A stretch of 64,000 nt of DNA from Smithella sp. (GTDB taxonomy: Bacteria; Desulfobacterota; Syntrophia; Syntrophales; Smithellaceae): assembly GCA_049517435.1 (NCBI GenBank), contig JBEKRZ010000003.1, forward strand, positions 2,453 through 66,452. Direction: 5' to 3'. Numbering within the stretch: position 1 is the first letter of the stretch; every line of letters begins with the position of its first letter. Both the position numbers and the translations under genes were made by a program. The notes beneath the pieces were generated by a model. That model made no database searches and was not told the origin of the DNA. It worked only from the letters and a program-made list of their open reading frames with translations. This document shows, in pieces, positions 47,080 through 56,250 of the stretch.

Positions 47080-49421
47080 TGAATGACACCCCCCTTTATA
47101 ATAGTCGTATCTTCAAGAGCTATGTGGAGTATCTGAACAGGTACTTTCCGGATATTGATATTGCTCCCATTTTAAAATATGCGAATATTGAAGCCTATCA
47201 ACTGGATGATGAGGGGCATTGGTTGACGCAGGAACAGGGTGATCGTTTTAACGCAATAATTACAAAGATGACCCAGGATCCGGACATTTCCAGAAAAGTA
47301 GGACGGTTTTCCGCTACCTCCCGTGCCTCCGGGGCGTTGGGACAGTATGTGATTGGCCTCATTAATCCGAAGATGGCTTATGCCATTCTCGGGAATCTTA
47401 ACGCCCGTCTCAGCCGGGGGACCATTTTTACGACCAAAGTCGTTGGGCCTTATCAAGTTGAGGCAAGAGCTGTATTACAGCCGGGGGTGGTTGAAAAACC
47501 TTATCAGTGTCTTAACCGGCTGGGTACACTGGAGTCGATGACGAAACCTTTCACCGATGAATTTGCCAATATAGAGCATCCTGTCTGTATTCATAAGGGA
47601 GGGGACTGCTGCCTCTATATCATCAGATGGAAAAAAACACGCGCCTTTGTCTGGAAAAAGATCCGCAGTTATTCTTTGATTATCGGTTTTGTGATCTCCC
47701 TCGTCTTATTTGACATTCTCAAACCCGCTCACTGGGATGCGCTGATCTTGATGTATATGATCATGGTCATGGGCGTTACGCTATATACAGAACATCTGGA
47801 AAAAAAGGAGCTCCTCGCCAATATCCAGAACCAGGGGGATTCAGCGGAACGTCTCCTGGAGCAGATCAATAAACGATATAATGAGTCCCTGTTGATCCAG
47901 GAAATCGGCCAAGCCTCCTCCATGATCATGGAGGAAGATCAACTGCTCAACTTCATAATGGAGTCCCTGGGAAAAAGACTGGATTTCGACCGGGGCATGA
48001 TTATGCTTGCCAACAAGCAAAAAGACAGTCTCGTTTATACGGTCAGTTATGGATATAACCCAAGAGATGAAAATTTCGTGAAGAACATTAAATTTCATCT
48101 GGATAACCCTCTCTCCAAGGGTGTGGCGGTAAATGCTTTCAAAAACCAAAAACCAATCTTGGTTAATGATATCTCCGAAATCGCGAATGATCTTTCAGCG
48201 AAAAGCATCGATTTTGTCCGCGCCATGGGCGCCCAATCTTTTATCGTCGTTCCTATTGTTTATAAAGGGGAATCCATAGGTATTATGATGGTGGATAATG
48301 TGCAGTCAAAAAAACAACTCGGCCAGACGGAGATGAGTCTTTTGATGGGCATTGCCCCGCAGATCGGTATCAGCATCAATAATGCCATCTCTTATCAGAA
48401 AATAAAAGAGAGCGAGGCGCGGTTCAGATCGCTCAGCGAAAATGCGCCGGATATAATTTATACCTTGGGTATCAACGGGGAATTTACCTATGTCAACCCG
48501 GCAATTGAAACGATTTTGGGGTATCGGCCCGAGGAAATCATTGGTAAACATTTTATAAATATTGCCAGAAAAGAAGAGATAGCGACATATATTAAAGCCT
48601 TTAAGCAAGTCAGAGACCGGAAGCAAACCATTAAAGAAGAGATAGGCACCCTTCTTCATAAGGATGGTACGGAGCGGTACTTCAGCCTCAGTGGTGCGCC
48701 AAATTTTGATTCAGAAGGAAATTTTATCGGATTGGTCGGAACATTTAAAAATCTGACTGACATCAGAAGATCGGAAGCAGAACTGAAAAAGAGCCTTGAA
48801 AAGCTTCAATCAGCCATGAGCAGCACCATTGATGCTATTTCCCTGATTGTTGAATCAAGGGATCCCTACACGGCAGGTCATCAAAGACGCGTAGCTAAGC
48901 TCGCCGTGGCCATAGCCGAAAAATTGGGTTTATCGGAAGAGAAAATCGAATTTATTCGTATGGGCAGCCTGATCCACGATATAGGGAAAATATATATTCC
49001 CGCTTCTATCCTGACAAAACCATCACGATTGAGTGACCTTGAATTCGCAATGATGAAAACTCATCCGACCGTGGGTTATAAAATATTGAATAAAGTTGAT
49101 TTTATTCCAGTTATCGTTGATATAGTTTATCAACACCACGAAAGAATAGATGGTTCGGGATATCCATTAGGGATTTCCGGTGATAAAATATTTTTAGAAT
49201 CCAGAATTGTCGCCGTTGCAGACACGGTTGAAGCCATTGCCAGCAACCGTCCATACAGACCTGCACGGGGAATAGCGTTTGCGCTGGAAGAAATTAAAAA
49301 ACAACGCGGTCTTGGCCTCGACGCCAGAGTTGTTGATACCTGTCTGGATCTTTTTGAAAAACAAGGCTTCGAGTTTAAGCAGGATGACGCAGAATTGGAT
49401 ATTGGTGTTCAATGGATTTAG
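47079..49421 (+). CDS. Sensor-TM-GAF-PAS-HD-GYP protein (putative c-di-GMP phosphodiesterase)
   Basis: 780 aa. The start overlaps the upstream stop (ATAATGA). An unassigned N-terminal sensor (~190 aa, Cys-rich HPVCIHKGGDCCLY) is followed by 2 TM helices, GAF, PAS (NAPDIIYTLGINGEFTYVNP) and HD-GYP (HDIGKIYIP; HHERIDGSGYPLG). Confidence 0.85.
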   Translation: MNDTPLYNSRIFKSYVEYLNRYFPDIDIAPILKYANIEAYQLDDEGHWLTQEQGDRFNAIITKMTQDPDISRKVGRFSATSRASGALGQYVIGLINPKMAYAILGNLNARLSRGTIFTTKVVGPYQVEARAVLQPGVVEKPYQCLNRLGTLESMTKPFTDEFANIEHPVCIHKGGDCCLYIIRWKKTRAFVWKKIRSYSLIIGFVISLVLFDILKPAHWDALILMYMIMVMGVTLYTEHLEKKELLANIQNQGDSAERLLEQINKRYNESLLIQEIGQASSMIMEEDQLLNFIMESLGKRLDFDRGMIMLANKQKDSLVYTVSYGYNPRDENFVKNIKFHLDNPLSKGVAVNAFKNQKPILVNDISEIANDLSAKSIDFVRAMGAQSFIVVPIVYKGESIGIMMVDNVQSKKQLGQTEMSLLMGIAPQIGISINNAISYQKIKESEARFRSLSENAPDIIYTLGINGEFTYVNPAIETILGYRPEEIIGKHFINIARKEEIATYIKAFKQVRDRKQTIKEEIGTLLHKDGTERYFSLSGAPNFDSEGNFIGLVGTFKNLTDIRRSEAELKKSLEKLQSAMSSTIDAISLIVESRDPYTAGHQRRVAKLAVAIAEKLGLSEEKIEFIRMGSLIHDIGKIYIPASILTKPSRLSDLEFAMMKTHPTVGYKILNKVDFIPVIVDIVYQHHERIDGSGYPLGISGDKIFLESRIVAVADTVEAIASNRPYRPARGIAFALEEIKKQRGLGLDARVVDTCLDLFEKQGFEFKQDDAELDIGVQWI

Positions 49422-49432
49422 ACCTTCTCTTA

Positions 49433-49484
49433 ACGGAAGCCGACAACGACGTCAACAAGAATATCACTTTGATTTAGGATTGGA
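49433..49484. mobile_element. M-family half element
   Basis: GGAAGCCGACAACGACGTCAACAAGAATATCACTTTGATTTAGGATTGG matches the right half of the family. Sits between the convergent HD-GYP and PEBP genes. Confidence 0.6.
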
Positions 49485-49487
49485 GAA

Positions 49488-50069
49488 CTACCTCTTATAT
49501 CTGACCATCACCTGCGCTTCCGCCAGCACATGACCCTTCATCGCTTTGAGCAGTTCTTCTTTAGATAATCCGGCATTCAGATTCAGCATAGTATCCAGAG
49601 CATACAATTTAAAGTAATAGCGGTGTGTGCCGCCAGGAGGACAGGGGCCATCGTAGCCAAAACGGTGGGAAGTGTTTTTGCCGCTTTTTCCCAAACCAGC
49701 GATTTCTTCCTGTCGGGAAACTTTTTCCGGCAGAGAATTGACATTTGCCGGTATATCGAAAATTACCCAGTGTACCCAGATACCCGCGGGCGCGTCGGGA
49801 TCATCGCAGATGAGCGCGAAACTTTTTGTTTCTTTCGGCGCGCCACTCCAGGCAAGCGGCGGCGAAATATTCTGGCCGTCACAGGTGTACCTAGCCGGGA
49901 TCATATCTTCATGGTTAAACGACGAACTTTTTATTTCCATGGTTTTTCCTCCTTTTATTTTAGTGTTCATTTGATCTTTTGCTTGCGCGAGCATGTTTCC
50001 GCCGCCAGCAATTAAAAAGATGGTCAGGAAAAAACAAAATGGATAGTTTTTCATTTCTGTTCCCTCCAT
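49488..50069 (-). CDS. YbhB/YbcL-family PEBP-like periplasmic protein
   Basis: 193 aa. Signal peptide, DDPDAP and HRYYFKLYALD motifs. Confidence 0.85.
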   Translation of the reverse strand: MEGTEMKNYPFCFFLTIFLIAGGGNMLAQAKDQMNTKIKGGKTMEIKSSSFNHEDMIPARYTCDGQNISPPLAWSGAPKETKSFALICDDPDAPAGIWVHWVIFDIPANVNSLPEKVSRQEEIAGLGKSGKNTSHRFGYDGPCPPGGTHRYYFKLYALDTMLNLNAGLSKEELLKAMKGHVLAEAQVMVRYKR

Positions 50070-50230
50070 ATATCAAAACAAACTAAAATCAATTTAATAA
50101 TGTTATTACACTCAAAAAGTTTCGCCGCCTCACTCTGAATCGTGCACATCTCCCTGACAAATCCTAGTAATGCCAGAGACACAGTCATGTGCGCCACACA
50201 CCCCAGCCCAGCGTATGGGGGCAATATTTC

Positions 50231-50259
50231 TTGACATACAAGACTGAAATTCCTATAAT
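50231..50259 (+). promoter_or_regulatory. Consensus sigma70 promoter
   Basis: TTGACA, a 17-nt spacer, then TATAAT: a perfect match to both hexamers. The -10 hexamer ends 6 nt before the ATG at 50266. Confidence 0.7.
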
Positions 50260-50265
50260 TCAAAA

Positions 50266-50397
50266 ATGAAGAAGCAATGTTTTATCAAAAATGAACTTGA
50301 AACGGATTTCATATATCCGGAAAAGTACAACCACATATATCAGAGCCGTCAGGTATTAAAAGAAATATATGATATATTGTACAGGATGGCAATGTGA
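50266..50397 (+). CDS. Unannotated 43-aa ORF, possibly leaderless, translationally coupled to the radical SAM gene
   Basis: MKKQCFIKNELETDFIYPEKYNHIYQSRQVLKEIYDILYRMAM. Below the ORF-track size cutoff. Its stop overlaps the rSAM GTG start (ATGTGA). The ATG is 7 nt after the TATAAT. Confidence 0.3.
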   Translation: MKKQCFIKNELETDFIYPEKYNHIYQSRQVLKEIYDILYRMAM

Positions 50398-51731
50398 AAA
50401 TATTGTTAATTCACCCATTAAAACGTGGTAGACTTGGCAGCAAGAAACTAATCAAACCTTACCTACCTCCTCTCACCATCCCAACCCTCGCAGGTTTGAC
50501 ACCGAGAGGTGTTCACGTAGAGTTGTGCGATGAAAGCGTCGATGAAATAGATTTTAACACTGATGCGGATCTAATAGGAATCACTGGAATTACAAGTCAA
50601 ATAAACCGCGGCTATGACATTTCCAAGGCTTTTCGTAATAAAGGCAAAAAAGTGATTATGGGTGGGATTCATGTTTCTTCACAAAGAGATGAAGCGCGGC
50701 AGTTTGCCGACAGCATAGTAATTGGCGAAGCGGAAGATGTCTGGTCTGACATTATAGAAGATTTTCAAAACAACAATTTAAAAGAAGAATATAAGGCCGA
50801 TAACTACTGCGATTTAAAGACCTTGGTAATCCCCCGATATGAATTGCTGAAACTTGATAGATACCGAAAGTCTACTGGCACTAATATGCCGCGCTTGCCA
50901 ATCCAGGCTACAAGAGGTTGTCCGTTCAACTGTAATTTCTGTACTGTCACGAAATTCTGGGGTCCGAAGATCAGGAAGAAACCTTTGGAGAATGTTGAAA
51001 GAGAATTATTAAATATTAAAGCTCTGGGTACGAACAGAGTTTTTTTTACAGATGACAATTTTATTGCCGATGTACAATACACCAGAGATCTGCTTAAATT
51101 GATAAAAAAGCATGATTTTACCTTCTTTTGCCAGGTAAGTACGAATATCGAAAAACATGAAGACATTATAATTGCGATGGGTGAAGCCAAATGTACAGGG
51201 GTCTTCATGGGCATTGAATCATTGTCAGAGGATAATTTGGCAAATATGAATAAAGAATTCAACAAATTGGTTGATTACAAAAAATTATTTGCATTATTCG
51301 ATAAATCAAATATTCAGGTCACTGCAAGCTTGATCATGGGCTTGGATGGCGATAATAAAGAAACGATGGAAGGCACAATACAAAAACTCAGCGATCTAGG
51401 TGTAAACTATATTCAACTATATGTGCCTGCATTACTCCCTGGTACTGAGTTAAGAGAACAGTATGTGAAAGAAGACAGAATTACGGATTACAACTGGGAT
51501 AATCAAGATGGCATCAGTGTCACATTTCGGCCCAAACTGATTACCGCTGACGAACTGCAGCATGCATATTGGGAAATATATAAGGCCTTCTACTCTTATC
51601 GATCCATAAAAAAGCGCATCATTAATTTGAATAATTTACGACGTGGGCTGAAGACTATGTTAATTAGGCTAAGAACAAACATATATTTTAATCACAGATT
51701 AAAATACGGATTACATCCATATGAGAATTAA
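50394..51731 (+). CDS. B12-binding-domain radical SAM protein
   Basis: 445 aa. N-terminal B12-binding-like region (DLIGITGITSQ...KVIMGGIHVS) and cluster motif CPFNCNFC. Confidence 0.85.
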   Translation: MKILLIHPLKRGRLGSKKLIKPYLPPLTIPTLAGLTPRGVHVELCDESVDEIDFNTDADLIGITGITSQINRGYDISKAFRNKGKKVIMGGIHVSSQRDEARQFADSIVIGEAEDVWSDIIEDFQNNNLKEEYKADNYCDLKTLVIPRYELLKLDRYRKSTGTNMPRLPIQATRGCPFNCNFCTVTKFWGPKIRKKPLENVERELLNIKALGTNRVFFTDDNFIADVQYTRDLLKLIKKHDFTFFCQVSTNIEKHEDIIIAMGEAKCTGVFMGIESLSEDNLANMNKEFNKLVDYKKLFALFDKSNIQVTASLIMGLDGDNKETMEGTIQKLSDLGVNYIQLYVPALLPGTELREQYVKEDRITDYNWDNQDGISVTFRPKLITADELQHAYWEIYKAFYSYRSIKKRIINLNNLRRGLKTMLIRLRTNIYFNHRLKYGLHPYEN

Positions 51732-51879
51732 CGCGGATACCTCTGAATGACAGCAATGGATAAACATACCTTTAAATTAGCTTAGCGATCATTTCCAGCT
51801 TCATCCTCTTCTTGAAAATAAGTTTTCGCTATCAGCGGCATTTGCGGATAACACCATTTAATAATGAAAGGAAAATATT

Positions 51880-52209
51880 ATGTTCTGTCCAAAATGCAAA
51901 AGCGAATATCGCGATGGTTTTTATAAGTGCGTCGATTGCGGCGCTGATCTGGTTACCGAACAGCCTCCGGAACTTATGGAAGAAGTAAGTTATGTCGATC
52001 TCGTTGAAGTCTATTCCACGTATCAGCAAAGCGATATCGCTTTTATAAAATCTGTCTTTGATGGCGAAGGCATAACATATTTTTTTGAAGGAGAAAGTTC
52101 TATTATGATCGTCGCGGGGGGAGCTTATGCCCGTCTTTTGGTGAAGGCCGAAGAAGTTCAGAGGGCAAAAGAGATTTTGCAGGACTTGGGATTTTTGGAA
52201 AGAGTTTGA
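51880..52209 (+). CDS. Zinc-ribbon + DUF2007-like small protein
   Basis: 109 aa. CPKC...CVDC ribbon, then a DUF2007-like fold (IAFIKSVFDGEGITYFFEGE). AAGGA ribosome-binding site. Confidence 0.55.
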   Translation: MFCPKCKSEYRDGFYKCVDCGADLVTEQPPELMEEVSYVDLVEVYSTYQQSDIAFIKSVFDGEGITYFFEGESSIMIVAGGAYARLLVKAEEVQRAKEILQDLGFLERV

Positions 52210-52297
52210 ACTTTGATAGGCCCCGAGCCGATAATCAAAACTTTCTTTATATCTTTGCGTTTTCCCCTTTGTTATCCTTTCATCATTAATGAATTAA

Positions 52298-52741
52298 TCA
52301 TTTCTTGTATTCTGTATCGACTGTTATCCCAATGCCCCCGCGCGCTGCAAATTCCGCACTTACCTTGCACCAGCGCGGCTGGAGCGCGACTACCAAATCA
52401 TCAAGCATTATATTGGTGACGTGTTCGTGGAAAACGCCTTCATTGCGGAAAGACCACAAATACAATTTTAATGATTTGGATTCGATAATTTTCTTATCCG
52501 GAATGTATTGAATTTTAATTTTGGCGAAATCCGGCTGGCCCGTTTTGGGGCAGACACAGGTAAATTCTTCGGTTTGCAGTGTAATCACATAATCACGTCT
52601 ATCATTGTGATTGGGAAATGTCTCCAGCTTGCGTATAGGCTTTGCCGGTTTGCCCAGCAGAGTTAAACCTGCCAGATCATTTTTTTTTGTGTTTTTTGCC
52701 ATGAGTTCCCCTGAAAAATAAGTAGTATGTTTGGTTACCAA
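52298..52741 (-). CDS. queF: NADPH-dependent 7-cyano-7-deazaguanine reductase
   Basis: Unimodular QueF: EFTCVCPKTGQPDFAKI and ESKSLKLYLWSFRN. The likely start is MAKNTKK at 52702. Confidence 0.88.
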   Translation of the reverse strand: MVTKHTTYFSGELMAKNTKKNDLAGLTLLGKPAKPIRKLETFPNHNDRRDYVITLQTEEFTCVCPKTGQPDFAKIKIQYIPDKKIIESKSLKLYLWSFRNEGVFHEHVTNIMLDDLVVALQPRWCKVSAEFAARGGIGITVDTEYKK

Positions 52742-52824
52742 AAGAAAGGATTAATATCAAGAATATTTGATGCGCAAAAAAATCCCCCTTTTGGAGATGT
52801 TTTTGTGATAAATTTACAGCAAGA

Positions 52825-52940
52825 GTGGAGCCTCCTCATTCAGGAGCCAGAGGCTCCTTACAATAACGCGACCTCCCGCGGGTTACGGCGCATTCCTCAC
52901 CAAACTGGAGCCGGATGATTACAAGTCGCGGGATCAAAAA
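52825..52940 (+). repeat. L-family ~115-nt structured repeat, copy B
   Basis: GTGGAGCCTCC...AGAGGCTCC..AATAACGCGACCTCCCGCGGGTTACGGCGCATTCCTC...GTCGCGGGATCAAAAAGGG. Sits between the divergent queF and zinc-ribbon genes. Confidence 0.65.
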
Positions 52941-52954
52941 GGGAGAAATGCACT

Positions 52955-53137
52955 ATGACAGAACAAAAGCCAGCCATTCCGGAAAATACCTGGAAATGCA
53001 GTAATTGCGGCAACACGGTTGTGGAAATTCAGCCGCCGGAAGTATGCCCTTCCTGCCAACAGAAATGCGAATTTCTGAATGTGACCTGCTACCAGCCGGA
53101 TTGCGGCTTTACCGGAATGGATAAACGATTAAAGTAA
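52955..53137 (+). CDS. Rubredoxin-like zinc-ribbon protein
   Basis: 60 aa. CSNC...CPSC plus additional Cys residues. Confidence 0.5.
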   Translation: MTEQKPAIPENTWKCSNCGNTVVEIQPPEVCPSCQQKCEFLNVTCYQPDCGFTGMDKRLK

Positions 53138-53138
53138 G

Positions 53139-53993
53139 CTACTGGATTTCATCTTGAATATATTCCACAATAATACGTCCCGCTTTTTCGCTGTGAGTTT
53201 CCATATTACTTTTAAGCTCTATGTAAGTGGAATCAGGTAGTATCTTTATAAGATGCTTTATGTTTTCTGTATCATGGAGCGTGTCTGTCGTAGCGCCGAT
53301 AATGAGACATGGAACAGTGATGTTGTCTATGCGATCCCATATCGCGTAGTTTCTAATAGCAAGCGCGTTAGCTTTCAGTTTGTATGGATCTGCGCAGTCT
53401 ATGGTGTTTTCATATTTTTCAATCTGTTCTTTACAGTTTTTTTTATCCAGCCTGAAGTTTCTTAGATACCATTTTATTACAGGCTTTACCGTAAAGTAGA
53501 GTGAAGGATGTATTGCTGGAATTATTGTTCCCAGTATTTTGGGGAATCTAAACTCGGTATTTGGAGCGATCAATACCGCGGATGAAGGTTTCTGCTTCTC
53601 TGATCCGCAGTATTCAAGAATCGCAGAAGCACCGAGTGAACTTCCCGCAAGTATAAATTTTTCTGATGGTGAGATAACTTTTTCTACGATCTCACCTATG
53701 TCGAGTTTAAGACGCTCAATGGAGAAGCTTACTTTTTTTACATCAGGAACCGTTGATGACTGTTTTTCCCTCGACTCAAGGTAGATGACTCTGTACTCAG
53801 CGGTTAGAACTTTCAGCACGTCTTTCCATCCGGAGATCAGTGAAATCCATCCTGCTACAAAAAAAATAACAGGTTTTCCCTGCGAAACATTTTGTGGAGT
53901 GAAATCAATTATCTTAAGAGAAACTCCATCTGAAACGTTAAGCATATATTCTTTAACGCTTGTTGAATGGTCAGTGTATAGGGAATAATCCAT
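53139..53993 (-). CDS. alpha/beta-fold hydrolase
   Basis: 284 aa. Nucleophile elbow GSSLGA. Confidence 0.7.
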   Translation of the reverse strand: MDYSLYTDHSTSVKEYMLNVSDGVSLKIIDFTPQNVSQGKPVIFFVAGWISLISGWKDVLKVLTAEYRVIYLESREKQSSTVPDVKKVSFSIERLKLDIGEIVEKVISPSEKFILAGSSLGASAILEYCGSEKQKPSSAVLIAPNTEFRFPKILGTIIPAIHPSLYFTVKPVIKWYLRNFRLDKKNCKEQIEKYENTIDCADPYKLKANALAIRNYAIWDRIDNITVPCLIIGATTDTLHDTENIKHLIKILPDSTYIELKSNMETHSEKAGRIIVEYIQDEIQ

Positions 53994-54119
53994 ATTATTT
54001 GCCTTGGACTATTTGCATTTGAAAGAGTTCTACATTAATCTATTTAGGTTAATCTAAAAATTATTTATAAATCTAACGAATATGAAGAACAGCTTTTCCT
54101 CATCTCTACCGGATCCCAA

Positions 54120-54467
54120 CTAGCCGGGTACAATGATTTTAGATGCTTCCTGACGCCTCATCTCTTCTGCTTCGGCAATCATATCCTGAACTGATTTTTC
54201 AATGGCTGCAGGTAATTTCGCCGCCGCTTCGCTTAAATTTTTTGCACCTTCAATAAGGCACTGAACCGGAATCGGTCCGTTGGGCGACATAAGCTGAGTC
54301 ATGCCGGTAAAAATGGCCTCTCGGCTCTCATCAATCGAACCGTCAATTTTCACCGGCGTGAGGCGCCGGATTGTGGCAAAAGTCAGATCGGTGAAGGCTT
54401 CTTCTTTGTAAAGGTTATCTATATTTATTTTAATATCCGTTATTTTGGTTCCGTTGGCGTTATTCAT
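54120..54467 (-). CDS. Hypothetical cytoplasmic protein
   Basis: 115-aa ORF with coding-like composition and no recognisable motif. Confidence 0.45.
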   Translation of the reverse strand: MNNANGTKITDIKINIDNLYKEEAFTDLTFATIRRLTPVKIDGSIDESREAIFTGMTQLMSPNGPIPVQCLIEGAKNLSEAAAKLPAAIEKSVQDMIAEAEEMRRQEASKIIVPG

Positions 54468-54650
54468 GGATTGTCTCCTCCTTAAATATGCGGGCTTCTT
54501 CGTATGCCCCGAAAAACAACGGAAACTGTAAGCTAAACGGCCTCCTCTTTTTTCGGATCATTACTCACTTCAATATAATTTAAAAACCAGTTACGTTAAA
54601 TTGATGAAAACTTCAATTAATATTTTTGCCGATTCCAGATAAAAGCGCAA

Positions 54651-56237
54651 TCAGCTTTTTTCCATCGTTTTATGGAATTGAATCCGCGGCCATTCTTCCA
54701 TGGTGTGGGACAGGCGCCATTCACTCAAGGCCAGATAAACTAGGTTTCCTTCGGTGTCTAAAGCAAGGTTGGTCTGATTTTTCTTTTGAAAATCTTCCAT
54801 TATTTTGGCGTCGTCACAGGTTACCCAACGCGCAGCGGCATAATCGGTTTTTTCATAGTCGGCATAGACGCTGTATTCGTTTTTAAGGCGCGACATTGTT
54901 ACGTCAAATTGCAGAACGCCGACGGCGCCAAGGATATTGTCCGAGCCCCACAAGGGTTTGAAAACCTGAATCGCGCCTTCTTCGGATAGCTGAGTAAGCC
55001 CTTTTTGCAGGTGTTTTATTCTCAGCGGATCTTTTAAGCGTACGCGGCAGAAGTGTTCCGGAGCAAAATGGGGAATGCCGGTAAACTTCAACGGCTCCTT
55101 CTGCGTGAAAGTATCTCCAATTTTGATTGTTCCGTGATTATGGATGCCGATGATGTCTCCCGGATAAGCTTCTTCAATATTGGTGCGATCCTGCGCCATA
55201 AAAATTGTGGCATTGGATAAAGATATTTCTTTGCCGATACGGTGATGGATTACATGCATTCCTCGCTGGAACTTTCCGGAGCAAATCCGTAAAAACGCGA
55301 TGCGGTCGCGGTGCGCCGGATCCATATTGGCTTGTATTTTGAAGGCGAAACCGGAAAAATCATCTTCATCGGGGCTAACTTCTCTGGTTGTTGTGGGACG
55401 CGCGACAGGCGGCGGCGCTATTTCCACAAAAGCATCCAGTAATTCCTTCACGCCGAAATTGTTGATGGCACTGCCGAAGAAAACAGGTGTTTGGCTGGCT
55501 TTTAAGTATTCTTTCAAATCAAATGGATTGGCCGCCCCTTCCAGCAAGGCAACTTCTTCGCGGAGTTCATTAGCCTGACTTTCCAATAATTCATCAAGAA
55601 GCGGATCGGATAAATCATTAATGACAACTCCGTCCTCCGAACGCCGCGCTTTGCCCGGTGTAAACAGATGCAGTTTCTTATCATATATATTGTAAACGCC
55701 CTTGAAACGCTTGCCCATGCCGATGGGCCAGGATAGCGGCGAACACTCAATTTGCAGTTTGTCTTCAATATCCGCCAGAATATCCAGCGGCGCCAGAGAA
55801 TCACGATCCATCTTATTAATAAAAGTTATTATCGGAGTATTGCGCAGACGGCATACTTCCATGAGTTTCTGGGTTTGGGATTCCACACCTTTGGAACCGT
55901 CAATAACCATCAGCGCGCTATCCACGGCGGTCAGCACGCGGTAAGTATCTTCCGAAAAGTCCTGATGACCGGGCGTGTCCAGAAGATTTATTTCGCAATC
56001 CGCGTATTCGAATTTCATGACTGACGAGGTGACGGAAATGCCACGGTCTTTTTCGATGGCCATCCAGTCGCTTAAAGCGTGCTTTGACGCTTTACGGGCT
56101 TTGACCGCTCCGGCAAGTTGAATGGCTCCGCCGAAAAGCAGAAGCTTTTCAGTTAAAGTGGTCTTGCCTGCGTCGGGATGGCTGATAATGCCGAATGTGC
56201 GGCGGCGTTCGATTTCTTTTTGTAAATGCTTACTCAA
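54651..56237 (-). CDS. prfC: Peptide chain release factor 3
   Basis: 528 aa. GTPase G1 [23 protein letters not shown], and RF3-wide similarity. Confidence 0.93.
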   Translation of the reverse strand: MSKHLQKEIERRRTFGIISHPDAGKTTLTEKLLLFGGAIQLAGAVKARKASKHALSDWMAIEKDRGISVTSSVMKFEYADCEINLLDTPGHQDFSEDTYRVLTAVDSALMVIDGSKGVESQTQKLMEVCRLRNTPIITFINKMDRDSLAPLDILADIEDKLQIECSPLSWPIGMGKRFKGVYNIYDKKLHLFTPGKARRSEDGVVINDLSDPLLDELLESQANELREEVALLEGAANPFDLKEYLKASQTPVFFGSAINNFGVKELLDAFVEIAPPPVARPTTTREVSPDEDDFSGFAFKIQANMDPAHRDRIAFLRICSGKFQRGMHVIHHRIGKEISLSNATIFMAQDRTNIEEAYPGDIIGIHNHGTIKIGDTFTQKEPLKFTGIPHFAPEHFCRVRLKDPLRIKHLQKGLTQLSEEGAIQVFKPLWGSDNILGAVGVLQFDVTMSRLKNEYSVYADYEKTDYAAARWVTCDDAKIMEDFQKKNQTNLALDTEGNLVYLALSEWRLSHTMEEWPRIQFHKTMEKS

Positions 56238-56250
56238 AATAACCTCATCA

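Noticed and set aside
52742-52830. Possible preQ1 riboswitch upstream of queF
   Set aside because: The minus-strand leader lacks the conserved preQ1-I/II core sequences I can recall (for example the CCCUC..UAAAAAACUA-type tail). Only a generic hairpin (ATCTCC-AAAA-GGGGGAT plus a T-run) is present.
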